Positions 18,591-27,992 are shown, numbered from the stretch's first letter. The stretch is DNA of 47,506 bases from a virus (IMGVR_UViG_3300044723_002977:1-47506); one strand, 5' to 3'. Notes: a model not told the origin generated them from the sequence alone. Program-made: numbers and translations.

Positions 18591-18716
18591 TTACCATTTC
18601 ATCCATTCAAAGTCAACAGGACAGTCGTCGACAGTTTTAGCATAACATCTCTTGTACAAGTCAGCTCCAAGTTCTACCGAAGAACATCCACTAACGCTTA
18701 AACATATCAGGAGCAT
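18591..18716 (-). CDS. Small putative lipoprotein (41 aa)
   Basis: MLLICLSVSG|C lipobox-like sequence; start uncertain. Confidence 0.45.
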   Translation of the reverse strand: MLLICLSVSGCSSVELGADLYKRCYAKTVDDCPVDFEWMKW

Positions 18717-18867
18717 ACTGATTCCAAATTTTATAGTCACTGTCAATCTCTTCCTGTAATCTACGTAGTTGATCTCTTTCATCAGAGCCACGTCTCCACA
18801 TACCATGATCATCTGAGTATTCATAAAACCAATCATGTGTTCTAAGTTTGTAGATATAGTCTTCCAT
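18691..18867 (-). CDS. Hypothetical protein
   Basis: MEDYIYKLRTHDWFYEYSDDH; TAATG coupling. Confidence 0.65.
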   Translation of the reverse strand: MEDYIYKLRTHDWFYEYSDDHGMWRRGSDERDQLRRLQEEIDSDYKIWNQYAPDMFKR

Positions 18868-19058
18868 TATAATACCATAAACGCTATGAAACCAATAAGC
18901 AGAACTGCAGGCCACATCTTCCAGCCAAGACGACAAACAGCAATAACAACTGCAGCTGCAACACCTATAGAGAATCCTAATGATAGAAGATGAGTAAACA
19001 GATCACCCTTATCGATAAGAAACTCTAAGGTGCCTTGTTGTGTGATACCTATTTCCAT
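18867..19058 (-). CDS. Small two-TM membrane protein
   Basis: Two hydrophobic segments; TAATG coupling at both ends. Confidence 0.6.
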   Translation of the reverse strand: MEIGITQQGTLEFLIDKGDLFTHLLSLGFSIGVAAAVVIAVCRLGWKMWPAVLLIGFIAFMVL

Positions 19059-19468
19059 TATGCACTCCCCATCCAACGATCAAGAGTATCACGATCTACA
19101 TTGAGATCTGAAGCGAGAGAATCAAAATGATTCTGCTCAGCTTCCTCACGCATCTGCTCTTCTTGAGCTTCCATCTCAATGACTTTAGAAGCCTCATCAC
19201 ACATAGCGAGAAGCTCAGCACGAGTCATCACACTGTAATCGAAAGAACGAGCGTAGCCCTTGCTGAAAGCCTCAGCAGTAGAATAGTACGCATCTTCCTC
19301 AAGCTCAATCCGCTTGAACTCAGCAAGCGTACCAGAAGGCACACGCTCAGACCAATACTTGGTCTCAGTAGGAGCAGGCATCTTGCCCATGAAGTTACCT
19401 GGAGTCTTCATAAACTCGTCAGCTTCTGCATGCTGAGCCAAAATGTAATCTGCTAATGCCTTTTCCAT
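19058..19468 (-). CDS. Hypothetical early protein
   Basis: First gene after an early promoter; GAGGA RBS. Confidence 0.7.
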   Translation of the reverse strand: MEKALADYILAQHAEADEFMKTPGNFMGKMPAPTETKYWSERVPSGTLAEFKRIELEEDAYYSTAEAFSKGYARSFDYSVMTRAELLAMCDEASKVIEMEAQEEQMREEAEQNHFDSLASDLNVDRDTLDRWMGSA

Positions 19469-19479
19469 AACTAAATCCT

Positions 19480-19545
19480 CTCTCATTTCTCACTATATAT
19501 ACTATCACACATTTAGCTTTTTTTGGCAACAACTTTTTTTAATAA
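19480..19545 (-). promoter_or_regulatory. Early promoter cassette copy 1
   Basis: A-tract, TTGCCA(19529-19524)-17-GATAGT(19506-19501), then ATATATAGTGAGAAA and RBS. Confidence 0.7.
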
Positions 19546-19698
19546 TTGAGGCTTTTTTTTCCGACCACGTTTTGGTCTAAGCATTGCAGAAAGGACATCT
19601 GGATCAGTGACCTGACCTCGAGGAATCTTTTTAATAGTTCCACCATTAGCAAAGTACTCTTCATAAGCATCTTTAATTTCACGAGCTGTGTAAACCAT
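19513..19698 (-). CDS. Hypothetical basic protein
   Basis: MVYTAREIKDAYEEYFANGGTIKKIP. Confidence 0.55.
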   Translation of the reverse strand: MVYTAREIKDAYEEYFANGGTIKKIPRGQVTDPDVLSAMLRPKRGRKKKPQLLKKVVAKKS

Positions 19699-20080
19699 TC
19701 CATTTCTCCAATAAAGTTTCTTGCATGTCATAAGCCTGGACTTCCCAAGGCTGATCAAGGTATTGTGTGTCTGTATGATCAACACCATTCCAATAACTAC
19801 GACCATTCTTTTCGATTAGCTTTTTAGATACATGCTGCCAAACATGAACCATTTCATGTAAGACACAAGTAATGAGATCGTCACCTTTGATCTTAGAATC
19901 AACTTCTATCTGAAAGAAACGTCCATCAGCAACACAACCACCTTCTGTGTCATGCTGGCCAACTTCTATTTCAACTTCAAGATTAGTAACACGAGGCATA
20001 AGAGTATCAATTGCAAAGTTAGCAACATCCTCGATCAGATTATGTTGCTTACCGCTACCATATACATCAACTAAAATCAT
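19679..20080 (-). CDS. HExxH zinc metallopeptidase-like (SprT-like) protein
   Basis: LHEMVHVWQ and YLDQPWEVQAY motifs. Confidence 0.7.
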   Translation of the reverse strand: MILVDVYGSGKQHNLIEDVANFAIDTLMPRVTNLEVEIEVGQHDTEGGCVADGRFFQIEVDSKIKGDDLITCVLHEMVHVWQHVSKKLIEKNGRSYWNGVDHTDTQYLDQPWEVQAYDMQETLLEKWNGLHSS

Positions 20081-20084
20081 AGCT

Positions 20085-20140
20085 CACTCCTCACTATGAT
20101 TAACTATCCCTCATTTCTTTTTCAATGTCAACAACTTTTT
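20085..20140 (-). promoter_or_regulatory. Early promoter cassette copy 2
   Basis: TTGACA(20131-20126)-17-GATAGT(20108-20103), then TAGTGAGGAG. Confidence 0.7.
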
Positions 20141-20330
20141 TGTCATAATCAAGTCCATATTGAGTACCTGCAGTAAAAAAGTTAGGAGTGTTTCCTTCAA
20201 ACGCTGAGCCGTTGTTTAGTTTTTTGAATATGTCTTTGGCTTCAGTTTCTGAAGAAGTAACTGCAATATATTTTTTGGTCTTCTTCTCATATATTTTGAA
20301 TCTTGTTCCATGTCGTCTTAATTCATACAT
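20100..20330 (-). CDS. Hypothetical protein
   Basis: MYELRRHG...KLNNGSAFEGNTPNFF, directly downstream of the helicase. Confidence 0.6.
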   Translation of the reverse strand: MYELRRHGTRFKIYEKKTKKYIAVTSSETEAKDIFKKLNNGSAFEGNTPNFFTAGTQYGLDYDKKVVDIEKEMRDS

Positions 20331-20340
20331 CTTACTCTCT

Positions 20341-21723
20341 TTAAAACTTGAGAGTGCTGGTATCTCTGAACTTAGACTCTTCTTCCCATCTTTCCCCAAA
20401 AGACGTGTTATCCATGACTGGACCATCTAGTATATCCTCCTGCGCTGTTTGTTCAACATCATATAGCCTCATCTTTGATCTGTCTACACCAATAACGAAC
20501 CGCTTATGTAAAGTTGGATCGTTATACCTGTTCTTCAATTGCTTGACCATAATCTGATCAAGTGCTTCCATCTCCTCTGTTGTAATCAGAGCAAACATGA
20601 AATCTGCAGTGGCTGGAAGACCAAATGATTCTGATGTATCTTCCAAGCCTGGATCTGAGTTTGTGTATCCAGATCTTGTTGTCTGTGTAGCGCTAATGAT
20701 AGGAACATTCTTCTCAACGGCTAGTCCTCTTAGTTCCTCAGCAATAGCTTTGATAAGTGTATATGAGTTAACATTGGCACCATATTTCATTCTAGTTGAT
20801 GTACATATGTTTAGATAGTCAATGTATATAATATCTGGTAAAAAGTTTCGTTTTAGTTTAAGTTCATTAAGTAAGTGTCTAAAGTGACCTGCACCAGCAC
20901 TCGCTGTTGGATATTCTTTAATGATAAGTTTGCCTGGAGTCTTAGCTCTCAGCTTATCAATTTTCTGATCATACATACTCTTTGGTATGTCAGGTAATTC
21001 TTTAATTGGCACATTTAGAAGATTGCTGTCTATCCTTTCTGCAATCTTTTCTTCAGCCATCTCCATCGTAATGTAAAGTACATTCTTACCTTCGTTCAGG
21101 TTAGCTGCTGCAAAGTGACACATTGCAAGAGACTTACCAACACCTGTACCAGCAAGAATGACATTCAACGTTTTCTTAGGCAGTCCGCCTTTTGTGATCT
21201 TGTTGAACATATCAAGATCAAATTGAATCTTATCTTCTACTTTGTTATAGAATTCAAATCGCTTCTCAGCATCATCAAGAAAGTCATGTCCTATATATCC
21301 ATCAAACGATACACTTAGAGCATCTTGTAGTAGCTCTGGTAATGCGTTAGTGGACTTGTCAGACTTTCCATCGATAATACTTATCGATTCCATGATAGCA
21401 TTATAGACTGATTTGTCTTGACACCACTTTTCTGTGTTATCAAGTAACCAGTCTATATTTGTGTTCTGTTCAATCTCTAAGTCATTAATAATTTCAATAC
21501 AACTACCAAACTGATCTTCTGATAGTTTGTCGTCGTTATCAATCTCAATGATCAGAGCTTCTTTAGTTGGAATATTGTTGTAACGATCAACATACTGATA
21601 CACATGCTCAAAGATAACACGTTCAGTTCTATCTTGAAAGTATTCAGGTTTGATGAATGGAAGTACCTTACGAGTGTACTTCTCATTCTTCACTAGGTGA
21701 CTCAGTATTGTCTTTTCTATCAT
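20341..21723 (-). CDS. gp41: Replicative DnaB-family helicase, T4 gp41-like
   Basis: Walker A AGTGVGKS, ITMEM, IDYLNIC, SESFGLPATAD, QLKNRY. Confidence 0.96.
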   Translation of the reverse strand: MIEKTILSHLVKNEKYTRKVLPFIKPEYFQDRTERVIFEHVYQYVDRYNNIPTKEALIIEIDNDDKLSEDQFGSCIEIINDLEIEQNTNIDWLLDNTEKWCQDKSVYNAIMESISIIDGKSDKSTNALPELLQDALSVSFDGYIGHDFLDDAEKRFEFYNKVEDKIQFDLDMFNKITKGGLPKKTLNVILAGTGVGKSLAMCHFAAANLNEGKNVLYITMEMAEEKIAERIDSNLLNVPIKELPDIPKSMYDQKIDKLRAKTPGKLIIKEYPTASAGAGHFRHLLNELKLKRNFLPDIIYIDYLNICTSTRMKYGANVNSYTLIKAIAEELRGLAVEKNVPIISATQTTRSGYTNSDPGLEDTSESFGLPATADFMFALITTEEMEALDQIMVKQLKNRYNDPTLHKRFVIGVDRSKMRLYDVEQTAQEDILDGPVMDNTSFGERWEEESKFRDTSTLKF

Positions 21724-21997
21724 TCTCGTCCGTTATACCATCTTCAATCAGTGATACTAAAATATCACCTAATGTGTTTTTAAAGTCAACATCATTTTCA
21801 TAATCAATGTTCATTGGGTTACTTACGACTTGATAATGAAAAGACAAACTGACTTGACCATCAGGAGCTTCGTCTACTTCTACATCTTCAAAGTAGAACT
21901 TAACTCCTTCATAGTCATTATTCTTCATCTCTAATATCGCTGTCTTGATCGACGAGTTCCTCTCCGAGAACTGATACTGATCCCTGATAGTCTCCAT
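21683..21997 (-). CDS. Acidic protein in the T4 gp40 position
   Basis: Lies between uvsX and gp41, as T4 gene 40 does; assignment by synteny only. Confidence 0.5.
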   Translation of the reverse strand: METIRDQYQFSERNSSIKTAILEMKNNDYEGVKFYFEDVEVDEAPDGQVSLSFHYQVVSNPMNIDYENDVDFKNTLGDILVSLIEDGITDENDRKDNTESPSEE

Positions 21998-23003
21998 ATA
22001 GAAATTCCTTCTGTGCTGCTTCTTCTAGTTGATCCATAATATCTTGTGTAAAATATTCTTCTGGATTTTGATTGATTTGTTTTGCATAGATCTTGCGTCC
22101 ATCTGGTAATTCAAGACGAGTAGATACTTTCTTAAAGATACCATGCTTTTCAGCAAGGTCTGCCAAGCCATAATATCTATCTAGTCCTTTGTCATATGTT
22201 AATAGTACACTAACCTGTTGATTCTCTTTAGTAAATCGAGACTTAGACATTTTGATCTTAATTTGATTGCCAACAACTTCAGTACCATCCTTTTCCTTCT
22301 TCTTAGAAAGATAGCAGATAGTAGATGCTGCATACTTGAGACCAGAACCACCAGCCATCTCTTTAGTTGGAATGTATGAACCAACAACCTCATAGACGTG
22401 ATTAGTTACCAGAAGCGGTACTTGTACCTTTGCAAGTTTGAGACCCAACACTCTGAAGGTAGCTTTGAGAACTTGAGCCTTTGTCATATCTCTTGTCTCT
22501 TTACCTTCCATAGTATCTTCAAGTTCTTTAGTAGTAGACATCTGACCAAGTGAATCAAGAACCATCATCATAGGTGGACGTTTCTTTTCACTAGCCTTAG
22601 CATAGTTATCTAAGATCTGCAAAGAAGTATGTCTAAACTTTTGGATGGAATCTGGTTCGGAGATGATTACACGTTTGGTATCAATACCACGTGACTCCAT
22701 CATCTCTTTTGTTACAGCGGCCTCAGTATCGAAATAGAATACAGCGCCGTCTGCGTTATCGTCCAAGAAACGCTTAACGACAGAAAGAACGAAAAAAGTC
22801 TTTCCTGTAGCGGACTCTCCAGCGAAAGCTGTGATCTTGTTGTTTGGGACACCGCCGTAAAGACTACCAGAAAGAGCAGCGTTGAGAATATAAGATCCAG
22901 TATCCACACACCCACTAAATTGACTAGAAGATATACCGTCATCAGCAATAGTAGTATTCTCATCGTTAAGTTCTTTCACCATGTTTCGAAAAAAGTCTGT
23001 CAT
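21918..23003 (-). CDS. uvsX: RecA-like recombinase UvsX
   Basis: Walker A GESATGKT, FDTE, VLDSLG, VTNH, GGSGLKYAAS. Confidence 0.95.
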   Translation of the reverse strand: MTDFFRNMVKELNDENTTIADDGISSSQFSGCVDTGSYILNAALSGSLYGGVPNNKITAFAGESATGKTFFVLSVVKRFLDDNADGAVFYFDTEAAVTKEMMESRGIDTKRVIISEPDSIQKFRHTSLQILDNYAKASEKKRPPMMMVLDSLGQMSTTKELEDTMEGKETRDMTKAQVLKATFRVLGLKLAKVQVPLLVTNHVYEVVGSYIPTKEMAGGSGLKYAASTICYLSKKKEKDGTEVVGNQIKIKMSKSRFTKENQQVSVLLTYDKGLDRYYGLADLAEKHGIFKKVSTRLELPDGRKIYAKQINQNPEEYFTQDIMDQLEEAAQKEFLYGDYQGSVSVLGEELVDQDSDIRDEE

Positions 23004-23026
23004 ATTTCACCTCATAATTTTTATTC

Positions 23027-23055
23027 ATTATAAACAATAATTTATTCTTTGTCAA
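23027..23055 (-). promoter_or_regulatory. Consensus sigma70 promoter for uvsX
   Basis: Exact TTGACA-17-TATAAT with GAGG RBS downstream. Confidence 0.8.
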
Positions 23056-24073
23056 CTCTTTTTATCCCATGGAATGTTTTATCCTTAGGTAAGTTGTGGT
23101 TTGGGTCTTTTAAGTTAAGCCATTCTTCAGCTTCTTTATCATACTTATCAACTTCATTCCCTTCTTCAAACGAAGGAGGTTCATTCTCTTCTATCTTTTG
23201 AGCTCGTTTCTGTTCATAATGTTCACCTCTTGGATCAAAGTCTTCACTATCAACAGGCATCTCTGCAAGCATATCATCCCAATCTTGTGAGACATCAACA
23301 GCTTCAACCATCTTCTTTGGTTTTTTAGCCAAGTCTCTTATACTCATGTTTGCTGCGATAATAAGAAGTACAGCGAGAGGATCAAATACAAAAATGATAG
23401 TAAGTATAACATACCTAACCGCTTCTTCGAGAATGTTTTTGTTTGTTTCTTCGTAAAATAATCCTGCGATGTACTTGATAGGTCCGACTTCTGCTTCGAG
23501 CTTGAGTTGCTCTGAGTCGAGTGCAAGTTTCTCCGCTTGGAGTTTAGCCAATGTGGATGAAGCACTGTCAATGATATCATTTAAGTTTCTCCTCTCATCC
23601 TTCTGAGATTCTCTTACTGCAATCGCACCATCTTTACCTCTGATACGATCATATTCCATAAGTGTTTGTACAGCCTCATCTAACTGTCCAATCACTTTCT
23701 CTGCATCATTAACTCTCTTTTGCTCTCTAGTAATTTTGTTATCAATCTGTGATATAAGTAAAGTATTATCACCAGTTGATATTGTTTGATCAATATGTGC
23801 CTTAGATAAGAAACCAAAGATACCCATTGACGTAATGAACATAAGCACTACAACAGCTACTGTAAGATAACTCTTTAATAGCTTAGGTGCTCTGTTCCAG
23901 TTTTGATACAACCATGAGGCAGTTAAAAGTTTTCCAACTTCTAACACACCACCCATGATAGCAATTGGTATTGCAGCTGCAGCAAAAATGGCCATGAGGC
24001 CAACAATACTATACCAGGCAGCTACACCAGAGATGGCAAGAGCCACTAATAGCGTAAGTATTGCCATAAACAT
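23042..24073 (-). CDS. Multi-TM protein with long coiled coil
   Basis: Three N-terminal TM segments, coiled coil, then a fourth TM (IIFVFDPLAVLL). Confidence 0.75.
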   Translation of the reverse strand: MFMAILTLLVALAISGVAAWYSIVGLMAIFAAAAIPIAIMGGVLEVGKLLTASWLYQNWNRAPKLLKSYLTVAVVVLMFITSMGIFGFLSKAHIDQTISTGDNTLLISQIDNKITREQKRVNDAEKVIGQLDEAVQTLMEYDRIRGKDGAIAVRESQKDERRNLNDIIDSASSTLAKLQAEKLALDSEQLKLEAEVGPIKYIAGLFYEETNKNILEEAVRYVILTIIFVFDPLAVLLIIAANMSIRDLAKKPKKMVEAVDVSQDWDDMLAEMPVDSEDFDPRGEHYEQKRAQKIEENEPPSFEEGNEVDKYDKEAEEWLNLKDPNHNLPKDKTFHGIKRVDKE

Positions 24074-24075
24074 GA

Positions 24076-24393
24076 TTAGCCTCTTGTAATGGCAAGAACT
24101 CTATCTATCTGATCTTGTACAGTATCTTTTCTGTTTGGCCAGTAGATATATTCTTTGTCTGATGTTTTAAGAAGATTAACTAGTAATGGCATAATAATCT
24201 TCTCAAGGTCTTCAACCTTCTCAGTAAGTTCAGCTTGCAGTCTATCTTTTTCAGATTCGATCTGTTGGATCTGTTGAGCTGATTCTGTTTTGACTTTTGT
24301 TTCTACACTGGATATCTGACTTTTATAATCGTCTTCCGATACACCAGTAAACCCAAAGTCATAATTCATATATTCTTTAGGTATTTCTCTCAC
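24076..24393 (-). CDS. Hypothetical protein
   Basis: GTG start overlapping the polymerase stop with GGAGG RBS; IMPLLVNL..KEYIYWPNR. Confidence 0.65.
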   Translation of the reverse strand: MREIPKEYMNYDFGFTGVSEDDYKSQISSVETKVKTESAQQIQQIESEKDRLQAELTEKVEDLEKIIMPLLVNLLKTSDKEYIYWPNRKDTVQDQIDRVLAITRG

Positions 24394-26906
24394 GACCAAA
24401 AATCCTCCAACGTTGCTCTTTTCTCTACTTCCCATCCAATCGCATCTAGTATTGTCTTGATTGGTTCCACGAATGCTTTCTCAAACTGTAGATCGTAGTC
24501 TACATGATCGCGTATGTTGAATTCATCTGGGATTACATTCTTGAATGCTACAACATTCTCATACAACCTGTTTGGTCTTTTCAGATACAAGAACTTTATC
24601 TTCTCACCAGAGTAGATCTTTTCATACTTGTTACCAAGTTGCAACTTATCTATGTGATAGTTATGCAACAGAGTAGCTCTTACGTGGATAGGTGTTCCTT
24701 TCCTGTAGATTAATGACTTGTCGATATATTTATCTAAATTGTTCACCGACCTAGGGAACGCAATATCTTCCGCTGGTAGTTGTCTAAAATTATTACGCTC
24801 TTCAGATATAAGAGTCTGGATTGTCTTTTCGTCAGACTCCAGAATCTTTTTAACCGTATCCTTAATGAGATCTCTACAAACAGCGGGAGTAGACGAGCGG
24901 ACTGCTTCAATTCCCTGAACTTTGAGCTTTGGTGTTTCATATTGAACTCCTTCGTTATTCCATACGTTCAATACATAATGTTTCTTACCAGTCCAGATAC
25001 CTTTCTCTGCGATCACCTCACGAGCCATAACCATCTTCTGCTCAGCACAGTTCATGTATTCTTTTAGCTCTTCGTATGATTGTGCAAGGAGTGGTTCTAT
25101 CTTTTCTGTAGCAACTTTGTCCAGAAACGATACAGGGTCCCTCGGCTCCACAGCACTAACAAGATCGCCCATACGGATGTATAGAGAATCAGTATCGATG
25201 GCAACAACATAATCTTTATCCTCTGTCTTTAAGACTTTGTTCATATATGCATTGATCTTTTGTTCTGCCCATCTAATAGTTAGCTGGCCAGACATAGTAA
25301 TTGACTCAGCTATACGCTGATCAAAATATCTAAAGTATTCGTTTGAGGTAGCACCATACAAAGAGTTCATAAGAATCTTGATACCCATCTGCTGGTTACC
25401 ATATGTAGCAATCTCTTTCTCGAGTTGATACACAGCATGCTTATCAGACTTATCAGTCTTTACAAGTTTTTGTTCAGCAGCAAGCATCTTCTTCTTGATC
25501 ACAGATCTATCATTGTAGAAACTCTCAACAATAGTAGGAATCAATCCTTTTCTTGTTTTATCAAAAAGATTGCCTCTTGCAGTCATAATATGATTTGTAT
25601 TGAATACAAACTTCTCTTTGTTCAGTAACTTATCAACAGTTACATCTGGTACTACTTCATCAAGGACAGTCTCGGGTGATAGATTGTATTGCATCATAAT
25701 ATGAGGATACAGAGAGTTCAAGTCAAACGATACAACCCACTCATGCATACCAACAATAGGATCTTTAACATGAGCACCCTCAATCTGTCTATCTTTGTGT
25801 CCATCCTTCTTTGGAGGTACAACAATATTCTTATCTAAGAAGTCATTATATAGGATAGCATCCCATACGCCAACAGTTCTGAATGCTTCTTGATAGTTAA
25901 CATGACCTTTGTATGCAATCGTCATACACAAAGTAATCAGACCGAGCTTGTCTTCCAATCGATCCACAAGCTGCACGTCGATTACGTTATAGTCAATAAA
26001 CTTTTGATAGTTGGCTTTATAGAGACCCATAAGATCTCCAAACTCCGAATAGTCTAACTTACGCTCACCAAGAACAACATGAGCAACATGGTTCAAAGCA
26101 TACGACTCTTGCGTACCGTATGTATATGCAAACTTCTTAAACAGATCCATATAGTCAAGCTGCTGGATACCATATACCTCATACACTTGTTGAGTGTTAC
26201 CACCTATGACTATCTCACCACCATTAACTATATTCCATGGTGATAGCTTCTTCATAAACTTATCACCAAGCATACGTACGGTACGGTTGACAATGTATGT
26301 CATATCAAACATACGAGAGTTCCAACCAGTAACAACATCTGGATAGTTCTTAGACCAGTGATCAATAAACTTGATCAACAGATCTTGTTCGTTGTCACAC
26401 TTTATGTATTTGATGTGAGCGTTCTTTACAACAGTCCTCTCTGTACTGTAATCTCCGCAACCCCAACAATAGAAGATGTCATCAACATTGTCTTTAGTTG
26501 TGATAGCAGTAATAGGATACAGAGCATCAGCAGGATTAGGAAAACCTTGATCGGATTGGACCTCGATGTCAATAGTAGTAACCCTAACGAGAGAACGATC
26601 AAATTGAACAATGCCAGGCCATGTAGACCCAATGTAGGTATGGACATAGTTTTGATTCCCATGTATTTCAAAGTTGTCTATGTCTTTGTACTTATTAACA
26701 AAGTCACGACAGTCACGCATAGTACCAGGTTGGATTGCTCCAACTGGCTTGCCATCTATAGTACGATACTGGGTAGGTTCTTTGGTAGGAATGAACAGAG
26801 TGGGTTTGTATTCCACTCTGCCCTTTATACGTTTGCCATTCTTGTATCCACGTACAAGAATATCATTACCCATACGATTCACATTAGTATAGAAAAATTC
26901 ATTCAT
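24390..26906 (-). CDS. gp43: Family B DNA polymerase, T4 gp43-like
   Basis: Exonuclease motifs DIE, GWNSRMFD, YNVIDV; polymerase motifs SFDLNSLYP, KILMNSLYG, IDTDS; uninterrupted. Confidence 0.97.
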   Translation of the reverse strand: MNEFFYTNVNRMGNDILVRGYKNGKRIKGRVEYKPTLFIPTKEPTQYRTIDGKPVGAIQPGTMRDCRDFVNKYKDIDNFEIHGNQNYVHTYIGSTWPGIVQFDRSLVRVTTIDIEVQSDQGFPNPADALYPITAITTKDNVDDIFYCWGCGDYSTERTVVKNAHIKYIKCDNEQDLLIKFIDHWSKNYPDVVTGWNSRMFDMTYIVNRTVRMLGDKFMKKLSPWNIVNGGEIVIGGNTQQVYEVYGIQQLDYMDLFKKFAYTYGTQESYALNHVAHVVLGERKLDYSEFGDLMGLYKANYQKFIDYNVIDVQLVDRLEDKLGLITLCMTIAYKGHVNYQEAFRTVGVWDAILYNDFLDKNIVVPPKKDGHKDRQIEGAHVKDPIVGMHEWVVSFDLNSLYPHIMMQYNLSPETVLDEVVPDVTVDKLLNKEKFVFNTNHIMTARGNLFDKTRKGLIPTIVESFYNDRSVIKKKMLAAEQKLVKTDKSDKHAVYQLEKEIATYGNQQMGIKILMNSLYGATSNEYFRYFDQRIAESITMSGQLTIRWAEQKINAYMNKVLKTEDKDYVVAIDTDSLYIRMGDLVSAVEPRDPVSFLDKVATEKIEPLLAQSYEELKEYMNCAEQKMVMAREVIAEKGIWTGKKHYVLNVWNNEGVQYETPKLKVQGIEAVRSSTPAVCRDLIKDTVKKILESDEKTIQTLISEERNNFRQLPAEDIAFPRSVNNLDKYIDKSLIYRKGTPIHVRATLLHNYHIDKLQLGNKYEKIYSGEKIKFLYLKRPNRLYENVVAFKNVIPDEFNIRDHVDYDLQFEKAFVEPIKTILDAIGWEVEKRATLEDFWS

Positions 26907-26941
26907 TACAATAGTATAGTCTCACTTCAATATAATGTCAA
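26907..26941 (-). promoter_or_regulatory. Sigma70-type promoter predicting a leaderless DNA polymerase mRNA
   Basis: TTGACA(26941-26936)-17-TATACT(26918-26913)-ATTGTA-ATG; no Shine-Dalgarno sequence. Confidence 0.72.
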
Positions 26942-27877
26942 CTAGTTAAGTGGAATTAATCCTTGATCAGCAAGAGGACCATCAGCAGCTGACATTTTCT
27001 TAAACATAACATCAAAGTCTTCTATACCAGGAATAATACCAACATGTTCCTTCTTTATATAGTAATACAAAGGACGAGAAACACCATATGATTGATTAGC
27101 AATAGTTTCAAATTCTGGCAGCACTCCATCGACAGCTACTGCTTTCACTTTGTCTCTATTCATATCTAAGAATGAAAAACCAAATACTGCAAAACGATCT
27201 TTATCTGCTTGCAACTTTTCAATAAGCAGGTTATCGTTTTCACCCATCTGTACAACATGTTCATCTGTTCTTACAGCAGTACATTGTTTCTTAGCTACTT
27301 TCTTGTCTAAGCCATATACTTTACGACATACATTATGCATAATAAGTTCTACAAATGCATCACGTGTACCAGATGTTGTAGGTGGTACCATAATATCAAT
27401 CTTTTTGTTAGGAAGTGATGGGTTGATATCTGACCACATCTTATTTGGATTAGCTACAAACTCTGAACCGTTCCAAACATTAAAGGCAACTGCTTTGTAG
27501 ATTTCTTCTTTTGTTAAAGCAATAGAATCTGCGGCCGCAGATTGTGAAAATGTAATACCATCATAACCTAGTAGACGTTCGATTGGTGTTACACCATTCT
27601 TTGCACAGAGCTCTGCCTCTGTCTTTTTAATTGCTCTTGATGCATTTGTAATGTCTGGTGTGTCAGTTCCAACACCTTTACAGAACATTTTCATACCACC
27701 ACCTGAGCCTGTTGACTCAATCACTGGTGATCTGAAATTAGAAACTTGACCAAACTTTTCTGCTACAGTTGTTGCAAAAGGAAAAACCGTCGAGGATCCG
27801 ACGATTGAAATTTGATCACGTGCATATGCGGAAGTTGTAAATAAAATACTAAATAGTACTAAGGCTAATTTTTTCAT
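26942..27877 (-). CDS. pstS: Phosphate ABC transporter substrate-binding protein PstS (auxiliary metabolic gene)
   Basis: Signal peptide; GSSTVFP, STGSGGG, NASR, TSGTRDAF, YGVSRPLY; AGGAG RBS. Confidence 0.93.
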   Translation of the reverse strand: MKKLALVLFSILFTTSAYARDQISIVGSSTVFPFATTVAEKFGQVSNFRSPVIESTGSGGGMKMFCKGVGTDTPDITNASRAIKKTEAELCAKNGVTPIERLLGYDGITFSQSAAADSIALTKEEIYKAVAFNVWNGSEFVANPNKMWSDINPSLPNKKIDIMVPPTTSGTRDAFVELIMHNVCRKVYGLDKKVAKKQCTAVRTDEHVVQMGENDNLLIEKLQADKDRFAVFGFSFLDMNRDKVKAVAVDGVLPEFETIANQSYGVSRPLYYYIKKEHVGIIPGIEDFDVMFKKMSAADGPLADQGLIPLN

Positions 27878-27895
27878 ATTAGTCTCCTGTTGATT

Positions 27896-27932
27896 AAACA
27901 AATAAAGAGTCGAGGCTGCAACCTCGGCTCTT
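27896..27932 (-). terminator. Hairpin with U-rich tail in the pstS leader
   Basis: AAGAGCCGAGG-TTGCAG-CCTCGACTCTT followed by TATTTGTTT. Confidence 0.5.
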
Positions 27933-27959
27933 GTGTTATATAGGAAACTTCAACATCGT

Positions 27960-27992
27960 AAATATTATAGAAATATTAAAGTTTTATTAAAT
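27960..27992 (-). promoter_or_regulatory. Pho-box-like tandem 11-bp repeats upstream of pstS
   Basis: ATTTAATAAAA CTTTAATATTT CTATAATATTT, with a -10-like TATATAAC 21 nt after the last heptamer. Confidence 0.55.

Noticed and set aside
25000-26500. Locally frequent GATC sites suggesting Dam-type selection
   Set aside because: A rough count in the first 2.6 kb looked near expectation and no methyltransferase is in the window; a codon-aware k-mer analysis is needed before making any claim.
24390-26906. Possible intron, intein or split in gp43 (also checked nrdJ, gp41, uvsX)
   Set aside because: Lengths are normal, motifs are contiguous, and no intein or homing endonuclease signatures were seen.
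26358-26945. 195-aa plus-strand ORF and the other plus-strand ORFs in the track
   Set aside because: All overlap well-supported minus-strand genes and have atypical composition.
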